Shown here: positions 18,552 through 26,969 of the stretch, one piece after another
Numbering within the stretch: position 1 is the first letter of the stretch
Layout of the letters: each line of letters begins with the position of its first letter
NCBI GenBank assembly: GCA_964486645.1
Contig: CAZAOG010000002.1
Location: forward strand, 1,012-65,011
From: an uncultured Ignavibacteriaceae bacterium
GTDB lineage: Bacteria; Bacteroidota; Ignavibacteria; Ignavibacteriales; Ignavibacteriaceae
Direction of reading: 5' to 3'
Length of the DNA: 64,000 nt
Made by a program: the position numbers and the translations under genes
Notes under the pieces: model-generated
What the model saw: the letters and a program-made list of their open reading frames with translations, nothing else
Told to the model about the DNA's origin: nothing
Database searches by the model: none

Positions 18552-19087
18552 ATGTTTTTAAACAATGAACCGAGGAGGAATTGTTTTTTTTTAATTCTTC
18601 CACTGCCCGCCAAAACAAATAGAGAGTATTTGAAAACAAATTAAATTGGACGGATTTCACCTGCAAATGAGAACTATCCCCCTTTTCCTGTTTTCCGCAC
18701 TTTTATAAAATTACAGTACAAATAATTTGAAATATGGTTGCTGCAAAGATGAAAACAGGAGTTTATAAGGAAGTATGTTCAGATGTTTTGTTAATTGATT
18801 AGTTCGTTTTATGTTAGCGAATCGGTCTACCTGCCGGAGCAGACTTGCCTGCAGAGGCAGGCAATTCTCTTTACAAATTTTCTCATAGAGCAAAAGTCAG
18901 CTTCCAATACAAAAAAAATAAAAGTATTTTGCACTGTCCGAATCGGGCAAGTTGCTTCTGTGAAACTGTTAATTCTTCGTTTACCTTCAAAATTCTTTTT
19001 TTATTTCAAGGTTTTGGACAGATGTGAATTCTTCTTTTTTTTTGCTATTTTATAAATTACAAAGTTGTTCATATCTGAAATTAAAAT

Positions 19088-19606
19088 ATGATAAACGAAG
19101 AAAATTTATATCATAGTTCATTTGAAATTGCCGGAATTAAATTTGACGCATTTTCTACGAGAAAAGGTATATCAAAATTATATTTGAATGCTTCCCCGGA
19201 TAAATTTAAAAAGATTAAAAAAACAAAACTGCACCCCGACGATCCCTTTATGTTTAATATATACTCGGAACTTAACGAGTATTTTAATCATCAGCGAAAA
19301 CAATTTGATATCCCGCTTGATATTACGGGAACTCCTTTTCAAAAACGTGTTTGGAAACAACTGCAGAAGATTCCGTTCGGAGAAGTAGTTACTTACAAAT
19401 ATATTGCGGAAAAAATCAGACAACCGAAAGCTTTCCGAGCCGTTGGGCACGCTAACGGATTAAATCCTGTTTCAATAATTATTCCCTGCCACAGAGTAGT
19501 AAATGTAAACGGAAATTTAGGGGGATATGCCGCCGGTTTGAACATCAAAGAAAAATTACTTGAACTTGAAGGGTGTAAAAGTTTGGATCTGTTTAATTCA
19601 ATTTAA
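19088..19606 (+). CDS. ogt: Methylated-DNA--protein-cysteine methyltransferase
   Basis: Active site IIIPCHRVV. Confidence 0.9.
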   Translation: MINEENLYHSSFEIAGIKFDAFSTRKGISKLYLNASPDKFKKIKKTKLHPDDPFMFNIYSELNEYFNHQRKQFDIPLDITGTPFQKRVWKQLQKIPFGEVVTYKYIAEKIRQPKAFRAVGHANGLNPVSIIIPCHRVVNVNGNLGGYAAGLNIKEKLLELEGCKSLDLFNSI

Positions 19607-19622
19607 AAGGAACCGAATCAAA

Positions 19623-21002
19623 CTAATCATAATTTAACTGTAATTGTTTGTCGAAAAACTCTTCGTTGTAAAGCAAATTAAATTTATCTTTATCGTATAA
19701 CATTTGGTTCAATTCATTTTGATAGAAAAATTTTTTCTCACCTAAAGCCGGTTCCAGATGACTTAACCATTTAGCCAAAGGATCGAATTTCGCGTAAAAC
19801 GGTTTGTAACACCAATTCGGATTTCTTGCCTGTATCAAACTTAATTGAAAAACTTTTTCTCCGTAAATATTTGTAACACCGTTAAGCATTACCTTACCCG
19901 GCAGCGCGGACATTACCGGACCTCTTACCGTCCGGCATAATCCCGATGTTTTAACAATTGCTTCCCTGTAAATATTGAATGCTTCCAGCAAAGGGATTTC
20001 AAAATAATTATTGGCACCGGTATCTCTTTCCACAAACATATAGTAGGGTACGCAGCCCATTGCAACTTGATCTTTCCACATTTTTTCCCAGACTTTGGGA
20101 TCGTTGTTTATATATTTAATAACAGGAGATTGCGTTCGTATTTGAGCGCCGGTTGAAAGAATTCTGTTAATCGCTTCCTTTACAACTTCCGTAGAAAGTT
20201 CGGCATAGTGATTAAAATGAGCCATTATGGTAATATTTTTATCAGAAGCTTTTATTTTTTCAAATAATCTTAAAATCTCGTCGGAGTCATCATCAGTTAC
20301 AAACCTATAGGGCCAATATGATAATGACTTTGTTCCGATTCTAATAGATTGCAGATGTTCGAATCCGGGTTTCAACAGAGGGAGAATAAATTCTTTTAAA
20401 TTTGCAGCACTCATTATCATCGGATCGCCGCCGGTTATTAGTATATCGGTTACATCTTTATGCACGGATAAATATTTCAGAAAATCAACTTTGTTGCAGG
20501 TGGCAAATTTTATATTATTTGTATCAACAAACTGCGCCCACCTGAAGCAGAACGAACAATAAGCATGACAAGTCTGACTTTTAGAGGGAAATATCAGTAC
20601 GGTTTCTTTATATTTATGCTGTAGACCGGGTAACGGTTCGGTATTGAGTTTGGGTATATTTATTTTCGCTTGTCCCGCAGGATGAGGGTTTAATTCAATA
20701 CGTATCTTAATTGCCGTATTTTTAATTTCCTCGGGGTTGTTTCTTTTTAATGCCGATTCCATTCTTTCAAATTGAGATTTTTTCAGCATATCTTTCTGCA
20801 TAAAATTCAATTGGTAGATCGGGTCGTCCGGCACATTATTCCAGTTAATTAACTCGTCCAACACATAATTATTAGTTCTGAAAGGTAAAACCGAAGCTAC
20901 TACCTTTAATGCAGATAGTTCTTTTTCACCCAAATTTTTAATTTGCGGAACGGAGTGAATATTATTCAGATTATATATTTTTATCTTTTTGGGGATAATC
21001 AT
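19623..21002 (-). CDS. KamA-family radical SAM aminomutase-like protein
   Basis: CHAYCSFCFRW CxxxCxxC motif at residues 145-152 and ILITGGDPM; 459 aa. The substrate cannot be assigned from the sequence. Confidence 0.85.
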   Translation of the reverse strand: MIIPKKIKIYNLNNIHSVPQIKNLGEKELSALKVVASVLPFRTNNYVLDELINWNNVPDDPIYQLNFMQKDMLKKSQFERMESALKRNNPEEIKNTAIKIRIELNPHPAGQAKINIPKLNTEPLPGLQHKYKETVLIFPSKSQTCHAYCSFCFRWAQFVDTNNIKFATCNKVDFLKYLSVHKDVTDILITGGDPMIMSAANLKEFILPLLKPGFEHLQSIRIGTKSLSYWPYRFVTDDDSDEILRLFEKIKASDKNITIMAHFNHYAELSTEVVKEAINRILSTGAQIRTQSPVIKYINNDPKVWEKMWKDQVAMGCVPYYMFVERDTGANNYFEIPLLEAFNIYREAIVKTSGLCRTVRGPVMSALPGKVMLNGVTNIYGEKVFQLSLIQARNPNWCYKPFYAKFDPLAKWLSHLEPALGEKKFFYQNELNQMLYDKDKFNLLYNEEFFDKQLQLNYD

Positions 21003-21151
21003 CCTTGTTCCGTTAAAATTTTAATTAGTGTTGGAAATTTGTTTGATCCAAGCCTTTAATGAATCAAACCGTGCTTGTACCGTCTAATAACATATTATAA
21101 AAAAATTATTAGAATTTCAAGTTTGTCTGGTCGGAATTAAAATACATGGAA

Positions 21152-21175
21152 TAAAAAAAGCGGTAAAAACCGCTA
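21152..21175 (-). terminator. Intrinsic terminator after the 54-aa ORF
   Basis: Stem gcggt / accgc with an A-rich loop. The minus strand reads agcggtttttaccgc followed by 7 T. Confidence 0.65.
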
Positions 21176-21178
21176 ATT

Positions 21179-21343
21179 TTACTTAATTTCAGTTATTTTG
21201 CTGATATCGTTCAGCCTCACGAATCTTTCATTAAACTTTACAGTTCCTTTAGCTGATTTAACACATTTAATCAATTTTACAGTAATGTGGTCAACTTTAT
21301 GCTTTGCTTTTGATTTATCAGCAAATGATTGCTGTTTTGCCAT
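21179..21343 (-). CDS. Unannotated 54-aa basic mini-protein, DUF4295-like (MAKQQSFADKSKAKHKVDHITVKLIKCVKSAKGTVKFNERFVRLNDISKITEIK)
   Basis: It falls below the ORF-track cutoff. It has an ATG with AGGAG 7 nt upstream and a terminator 3 nt downstream. The K-[VL]-IK-x-VKS-x-K-G-x3-F-x-E pattern resembles my recollection of the Bacteroidetes DUF4295 peptides that accompany rpmB/rpmG. The family call is from memory, not a search. Confidence 0.6.
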   Translation of the reverse strand: MAKQQSFADKSKAKHKVDHITVKLIKCVKSAKGTVKFNERFVRLNDISKITEIK

Positions 21344-21443
21344 TGCTCGATCTCCTTAAAAAAATTTAGATGTCAAATATATGGATTTTAAGATATTAAT
21401 AAAAGAAAATTTAAAGGCACTAAATACTTAAATTTTTATTTTA

Positions 21444-22220
21444 TTATACTCTGTTCATTAATTCACCGTGAGTCAAATCGTAATTTTCCGATTTTATTAA
21501 GTATTTGGTATAATCGTGTTTAGGATTTGAGAGCACGTCCTCCGTTTTTCCTATTTCGGCAATTTTTCCTTTGTAAATTATTACAACTCTGTCGCATAAT
21601 TCCCGTAAAGCATTTAAATTGTGCGAAACACAAATTAATGTAATTCCAAAATTCTTATTTATTTTTTTAAAAAGATTAGAAAGATTCTTTTTCGATTCAA
21701 AATCCTGCGCGGAAAAAGGTTCGTCCAATATTAATAAATCCGGATTTACCGCAAGCAATCTGGCTAATGCTGCTCTTTGCTGCTGTCCGCCGCTAAGTTG
21801 GGAGCCTTTGTTTTGTCTAAATTTTACAGGAAAATTTACAGCGGAAAATATTCTTTCTTTTTCCGCCTCCAATTTTTCTTTCGCCGGATTTTTCAACATT
21901 AAAGCTTCTTCCACTATTTCGTCTACTTTTCTGTGAGGGTTTAAAATTTGTCCGTTATTTTGAAATAATATTTGAACGGAGTTACTTTTAGTATTACTTG
22001 ACAAATTAAATTCAACGCTGCCCGAGGTAGGTTTAATTATACCTACTATTAATTTTGCAATTGTGGTTTTACCTCCGCCCGACTCACCGGCAATCCCCAA
22101 AATTTCTCCCTTATATACGTCCAGCGAAATATTATCGATAATGGTTTTCTTTTTATTTGACAAAAACTTTTTGTCTTCCACCATATAGGATAAATTATTT
22201 ATTGATAATATTGTGTCCAT
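21444..22220 (-). CDS. ABC transporter ATP-binding protein (OppF/DppF-like)
   Basis: GESGGGKTT, LSGGQQQRAALARLL and LLILDEPFSAQD. Confidence 0.9.
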   Translation of the reverse strand: MDTILSINNLSYMVEDKKFLSNKKKTIIDNISLDVYKGEILGIAGESGGGKTTIAKLIVGIIKPTSGSVEFNLSSNTKSNSVQILFQNNGQILNPHRKVDEIVEEALMLKNPAKEKLEAEKERIFSAVNFPVKFRQNKGSQLSGGQQQRAALARLLAVNPDLLILDEPFSAQDFESKKNLSNLFKKINKNFGITLICVSHNLNALRELCDRVVIIYKGKIAEIGKTEDVLSNPKHDYTKYLIKSENYDLTHGELMNRV

Positions 22221-22984
22221 TAAACTTTTTCCTTTTCGGTCAGTAAGCCGTGTTTTTCAAAAAATTCATCGTTATACATAAACTCCGTAAGGGTTGAATT
22301 TTGAAGCAGAGCAATTTTATCGCTGATTTTTTTTGCAAACAAAATATCCTGCGTTACCAATAAAACAGAATGATCATTTATTTGTGAATATTCTTTTAAT
22401 TTAAGAAGCATTAGGTTTGCAATTGCAGAATCAATGCCGGAAGTCGGTTCATCTAAAATTAAAATTTTGGGTTTGCTTAATAACGCCAATACAAGACTAA
22501 CTCTTTGCGCCATCCCGCCGCTGATTTCATACGGATACATTCTAAATAATTTATCTTTTACAGGAAGAAAAAAATATTCGAGCAGTTCGTCTATTTCGTT
22601 TTTGTTAACCGCAAATTTTATAAAATAGTATTCGAACTTTTTAAGATGGTCAAAACTGTTAACGGCATCTTGAAAAACATATTTAACAAGTTTGGCTCTT
22701 ACTCCAAGTAATTGTTCAATCTCCATTTTATAAATATCTTTTTCATTCAAAAATACTTTACCCTTAATACTATAAATATCAGTATCTAACAATTTCATTA
22801 TTGATTTGATTAGTGTGGATTTGCCCGTTCCGTTTTTGCCGAGGACAGTAAAAATTTTGTTCTTTTCTAATTCAAATTTTATATCTTTAAGTAGTATTCT
22901 TTCGGTGTTGGAAGTTTTAATGTTTATATTTTGAATATCTATTTTCAGCATTAAGTTTTTTTTGTTTTTGTATTTATTTGACAA
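22220..22984 (-). CDS. ABC transporter ATP-binding protein (OppD/DppD-like, divergent)
   Basis: GKNGTGKST, ISGGMAQRVSLVLAL and ILILDEPTSGID. There is a 1-nt overlap with the next ATPase. Confidence 0.85.
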   Translation of the reverse strand: MSNKYKNKKNLMLKIDIQNINIKTSNTERILLKDIKFELEKNKIFTVLGKNGTGKSTLIKSIMKLLDTDIYSIKGKVFLNEKDIYKMEIEQLLGVRAKLVKYVFQDAVNSFDHLKKFEYYFIKFAVNKNEIDELLEYFFLPVKDKLFRMYPYEISGGMAQRVSLVLALLSKPKILILDEPTSGIDSAIANLMLLKLKEYSQINDHSVLLVTQDILFAKKISDKIALLQNSTLTEFMYNDEFFEKHGLLTEKEKV

Positions 22985-23040
22985 AATAATAAATTAAGTA
23001 CAATTATATGAATATTAATAATTTTTAATAATATTAAAAT

Positions 23041-24699
23041 ATGAAGAGAAAAATTTTCCTTATCCCGGCGCTGTTGGTTTTAATAACGGTATTTCCTTCC
23101 TGTTCTAAAAAATCCGCTAATCTTTCCAATCAGGTCATTATAGGAATTGATTCCGACATTGAATCTCTTAACCCTTTGTTTTCATTCAGCGGATACGAAA
23201 ACAACATAAGCGAGCTTCTTTATTTAAAATTGGTACAAAGCGACTGGGATGAAGAAAACGGCTCACTTGTATATGGTCCGATGCTTGCAAAAAGCTGGCA
23301 ATGGAACAGCGATTCATCCGCAATTACATTTTACTTAAGAGACGATGTAAATTGGTCCGACGGAAAAAAAGTGACTGCCGAAGACGTGGTTTTTTCATTT
23401 GACGTTTATTCGGATGAAAACATACAAAGCAAACTTTATGATACTTTTGACAACTTTATTCTGGATAAAACCAAACATATAATTTTAAATAAAACATTTG
23501 AAATTATTAACCCTTTTACATTAAAAATTAATTTTAAAAAGAATGCCGTTCCGTCGCTTGTTGATATCGACCTTCCCGTTATTCCCAAACATATTTATGA
23601 AAAGCTCGACAGAAAAAAATTCGCGGTTTTAGAAAAAGAAATTAAACCGGTTACCAACGGACCGTTCAACTTTATAAAATGGGATAAAAACCAGGCTATA
23701 ATTTTAGCGGTCAACAAAAATTCATTTTTATTTAATCCCAATAATATCCGGAAAATCATATTTAAAATTATCCCGGATTACAACTCGAGACTAACACAAC
23801 TTAAAAAGGGCGAAATTGACTTAATGGAAGACGTAAGAACGGATGATCTGCCTTCTTTAAAATCTTTGGATTATATTCAAATATCGCCGCTGCCGGAAAG
23901 AGAATACGATTACATCGGCTGGAACAACATTGATGCCGAGGTATTTAAAAAGAAAGGAAAGTTTGTTCCGAATAAATTATTCGGCGATCCTTTGGTAAGA
24001 AAAGCTCTTACCTTTGCAATTAACAGACAGGAAATAATTGACGAATATTTGGGTGAATACGGACAGATAGCTTTCGGTCCGGTCGCTCCGATTTTCAGAA
24101 AGTCATTTTCCGATTTAAAACCGCTAACATTCAATCTCGATTCCGCCAAATATTATTTAGCCGAAGCAGGCTGGAAGGATAATAACAAAGACGGCGTACT
24201 CGACAAAAAAGGGTTGAACTTTTCTTTCCCGCTTTACATTACTCCCGGCAACCCGAGAAGAGAATTTGCATCTACTTTACTAAAAAACAATTTAAAGTCC
24301 ATTGGAATAAATATTAACATAAAAAAAATGGATCTTCAGACTTTAATGCCTAAACTTTTTGGGAAAGAAATTGATGCCTGGATGCTCGGCTGGGTGGTGG
24401 GAATTCCACTTGACATGTATCCTTTTTGGCATTCCAGCTCCGAATTAAGCCAGTTGAACTTTCCAAGTTATAATAATACCTTGGTTGATAAATATTTGGA
24501 AAGGTACAAAAAAGTTAAATCCGAAAAATTGAAATCGGAATTAGCAAAAAAAATTCAGCTGCTTATTCATAAAGATCAGCCCGTTACATTTCTTTATTGG
24601 ATACAGAATATTATAGCTTACAACAAACGAATTAAAAATGTAAAAATTACACCACTTGAACCTATTCACTACAGTTGGAATTGGTCGATAAATAAATAA
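23041..24699 (+). CDS. ABC substrate-binding lipoprotein, family 5 (peptide/nickel type)
   Basis: Lipobox VFPSCS. The size of 552 aa and overall pattern are typical of OppA/DppA-family SBPs. Confidence 0.88.
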   Translation: MKRKIFLIPALLVLITVFPSCSKKSANLSNQVIIGIDSDIESLNPLFSFSGYENNISELLYLKLVQSDWDEENGSLVYGPMLAKSWQWNSDSSAITFYLRDDVNWSDGKKVTAEDVVFSFDVYSDENIQSKLYDTFDNFILDKTKHIILNKTFEIINPFTLKINFKKNAVPSLVDIDLPVIPKHIYEKLDRKKFAVLEKEIKPVTNGPFNFIKWDKNQAIILAVNKNSFLFNPNNIRKIIFKIIPDYNSRLTQLKKGEIDLMEDVRTDDLPSLKSLDYIQISPLPEREYDYIGWNNIDAEVFKKKGKFVPNKLFGDPLVRKALTFAINRQEIIDEYLGEYGQIAFGPVAPIFRKSFSDLKPLTFNLDSAKYYLAEAGWKDNNKDGVLDKKGLNFSFPLYITPGNPRREFASTLLKNNLKSIGININIKKMDLQTLMPKLFGKEIDAWMLGWVVGIPLDMYPFWHSSSELSQLNFPSYNNTLVDKYLERYKKVKSEKLKSELAKKIQLLIHKDQPVTFLYWIQNIIAYNKRIKNVKITPLEPIHYSWNWSINK

Positions 24700-24705
24700 T
24701 AAAAA

Positions 24706-25692
24706 ATGAATAAGGAAATAATTTTATCCTTAGCTAAAAGATTAATCACCTCTTTAGTTGTACTTCTTTTAATGTTAAGTTTTTTATTTGTACTTTTAAG
24801 ATATTCACCGGGTGAGCCGACACAAAAATTCATATCACCCAAATTAAGTCCGAAACTTGCATTAAAAATTAAAGAATCTTTTGGACTTGAAAAACCGATA
24901 TTAAAACAATATCAAAGTTTTCTTGTAAACCTTTCTATGGGCGATTTGGGAATTTCTTATACCTACCGCGAGCCGGTCATTAAAGTAATTGCCAAATATC
25001 TTCCCTTCACCGTTGTTTTCTCTCTGCTTAGTTTTATAATTCAAATTACACTCGGATTTTATTTGGCATTATATTCCATTAAACGTAAAGGAAGTTGGAT
25101 TGATGCTCTTATTAAAAAAATCAGTCTTTCCGCTTATGCACTGCCTTCCTTTGTCGTGGGTGTTTTGCTTGTTTATTTGTTCTCCTGGAAAATAAATTTG
25201 TTCCCTTCATCGGGATTAAAATCTTTTAACCACGACACTCTTTCTTTCTTCGGACAGTTCGGCGATTATGTAAATCATATGATACTTCCCTTGATAACTT
25301 TATCATTAGGCGGGATAGCCGTTTTTTATAAATACTTACGCGACAATTTAGACGAAACATTCAACGCACATTTTGTTACTACGCTCAGAAGCTACGGAGT
25401 TTCCGAAAAAGAAATAATAAGAAATCACATTATCCCGAATTCAATAGGACCGATGATTTCCGTTGCCGGTGTAGAGCTTGGTATTTTGTTGAGCGGCGCA
25501 TTAATTACAGAAGTAATTTTTGGTTTACCCGGAATGGGAAGACTTGCCATCGGTGCTATTTTAAGCAGAGATTATCCTTTGATTATCGGCATTACTTTTA
25601 TCTCGGGAGTACTTATAATCTTCAGCAATTTATTAGCCGATCTAATTAGGGCGAAATTAGACAGAAGAATATTAAAGGGGATGATAAATTGA
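24706..25692 (+). CDS. ABC permease (DppB/OppB-like)
   Basis: The N-terminal ...LLRYSPGEP pattern is typical of DppB/OppB; 328 aa with six predicted TM segments. Confidence 0.9.
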   Translation: MNKEIILSLAKRLITSLVVLLLMLSFLFVLLRYSPGEPTQKFISPKLSPKLALKIKESFGLEKPILKQYQSFLVNLSMGDLGISYTYREPVIKVIAKYLPFTVVFSLLSFIIQITLGFYLALYSIKRKGSWIDALIKKISLSAYALPSFVVGVLLVYLFSWKINLFPSSGLKSFNHDTLSFFGQFGDYVNHMILPLITLSLGGIAVFYKYLRDNLDETFNAHFVTTLRSYGVSEKEIIRNHIIPNSIGPMISVAGVELGILLSGALITEVIFGLPGMGRLAIGAILSRDYPLIIGITFISGVLIIFSNLLADLIRAKLDRRILKGMIN

Positions 25693-26969
25693 TAAAAATT
25701 AAACTTTGGCATTTTATCATATTAATATCTGTATCAATAATTTTATTTAACGTTCAATTACTTGTTAATTCATTTGAAATGCTGTGGTTGTTTGTGATTT
25801 TATTATTTACTAATTTTAACCAGGCAGTCGTTCAAATCGATATTTCTTTTATCGATTACACAATTTCAACCGTATTTATTTTTCTTATCCCATTATCTGT
25901 TTTGTTTTATAAGAGAACAAAATTTTTGGAAAACAAATTAACATATATATCCGCAATTATAACTTTGCTTTTGGCATTTACAATATTTGCTCCGTTAACG
26001 GTTCCTTCAAATCCTAATTTCCAAAAGGATTTACGCGTTACAAAACTACTTTCTCCGTTCAGTACCGTAAAAAAATTATATTTGGCAATAGATAAGACAC
26101 AACCGGCAAGCGCGATAGATAATTTTATTATAAAGAAAAATAAAGTAATAAAAAAATCATTCAGCCGGGATTTTGTTTTTGTAAGCGATGTTAAGCTTTC
26201 GGGCAGCGATGTTATTTATAAACAAAAGAATAAAGAAATAAAAATTCAGAAAGAAAAAGTCATATTTGAAAACGGCAGACCGTTGGTCGAAACCGGGACA
26301 TTTCTGCTCGGCACCGATCAGTACGGAAGGGATATTTTATCAAGACTTATATACGGCACAAGGTTAAGTTTATTCGTCGGTTTGGGAGCCGTTATAGTTT
26401 CTTTTTTAATCGGAATCATTTTGGGTTTTATTGCCGGCTACACCGGAGGATTTATAGATTCATTATTAAACAGATTTACTGAGATGTTTTTGGCATTTCC
26501 CATTCTTTTTTTGATTATTTTCATTATTGCTATGTTCGATAGTTCCGTTTTTTCTATTATTTTGGTTTTGGGCGTTTCAGGATGGATGAGTTTGTTCAAA
26601 ATAGTACGAGCCGAGGTAATCAAATTAAAAACAAAAGATTTTTTTATAACGGCAAAATTAATCGGACTGCCCAATTATAAATTGCTGCTAAAAGAAGTTT
26701 TACCGAATATAATTTCGCCCATTGTTGTAAATTTGGTTTTTCTTTACGGCAACGTGATCTTAGCCGAAGCTGCCTTAAGCTTTTTAGGTCTCGGTGCAGG
26801 CAGCAACTACCCGTCCTGGGGAGAAATGATCCAAGCGGGACAAAGTTATATAACCATTGCCTGGTGGATGATTGTTTTCCCCGGTTTGATGTTATTCGTT
26901 ACTTTGCTTACGGCAAATGAACTTGGAAGAAAAATTGAAAATCATTTTAACGGTAGAATATTGATATGA
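25689..26969 (+). CDS. ABC permease (DppC/OppC-like) with an N-terminal extension of about 200 aa
   Basis: The LGTDQYGRDILSRLIYGTRLSL hallmark begins only near residue 208. It is preceded by about four extra hydrophobic segments and a Lys-rich loop. The TTG start overlaps the previous stop. Confidence 0.85.
   Translation: MIKIKLWHFIILISVSIILFNVQLLVNSFEMLWLFVILLFTNFNQAVVQIDISFIDYTISTVFIFLIPLSVLFYKRTKFLENKLTYISAIITLLLAFTIFAPLTVPSNPNFQKDLRVTKLLSPFSTVKKLYLAIDKTQPASAIDNFIIKKNKVIKKSFSRDFVFVSDVKLSGSDVIYKQKNKEIKIQKEKVIFENGRPLVETGTFLLGTDQYGRDILSRLIYGTRLSLFVGLGAVIVSFLIGIILGFIAGYTGGFIDSLLNRFTEMFLAFPILFLIIFIIAMFDSSVFSIILVLGVSGWMSLFKIVRAEVIKLKTKDFFITAKLIGLPNYKLLLKEVLPNIISPIVVNLVFLYGNVILAEAALSFLGLGAGSNYPSWGEMIQAGQSYITIAWWMIVFPGLMLFVTLLTANELGRKIENHFNGRILI

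Noticed and set aside
18820-18870. SRP (4.5S) RNA domain IV, suggested by ccggagcagac
   Set aside because: The resemblance to GGAAGCAGCC is only partial. There is no GNAR tetraloop in the right context and no complementary 5'/3' closing helix.
19623-21343. KamA-family radical SAM plus the adjacent 54-aa ORF as a RiPP-like precursor and maturase pair
   Set aside because: A strong terminator separates the two genes. The small protein looks like a conserved basic DUF4295-type protein, not a leader-core peptide. KamA-family enzymes are aminomutases and are not known as peptide maturases.
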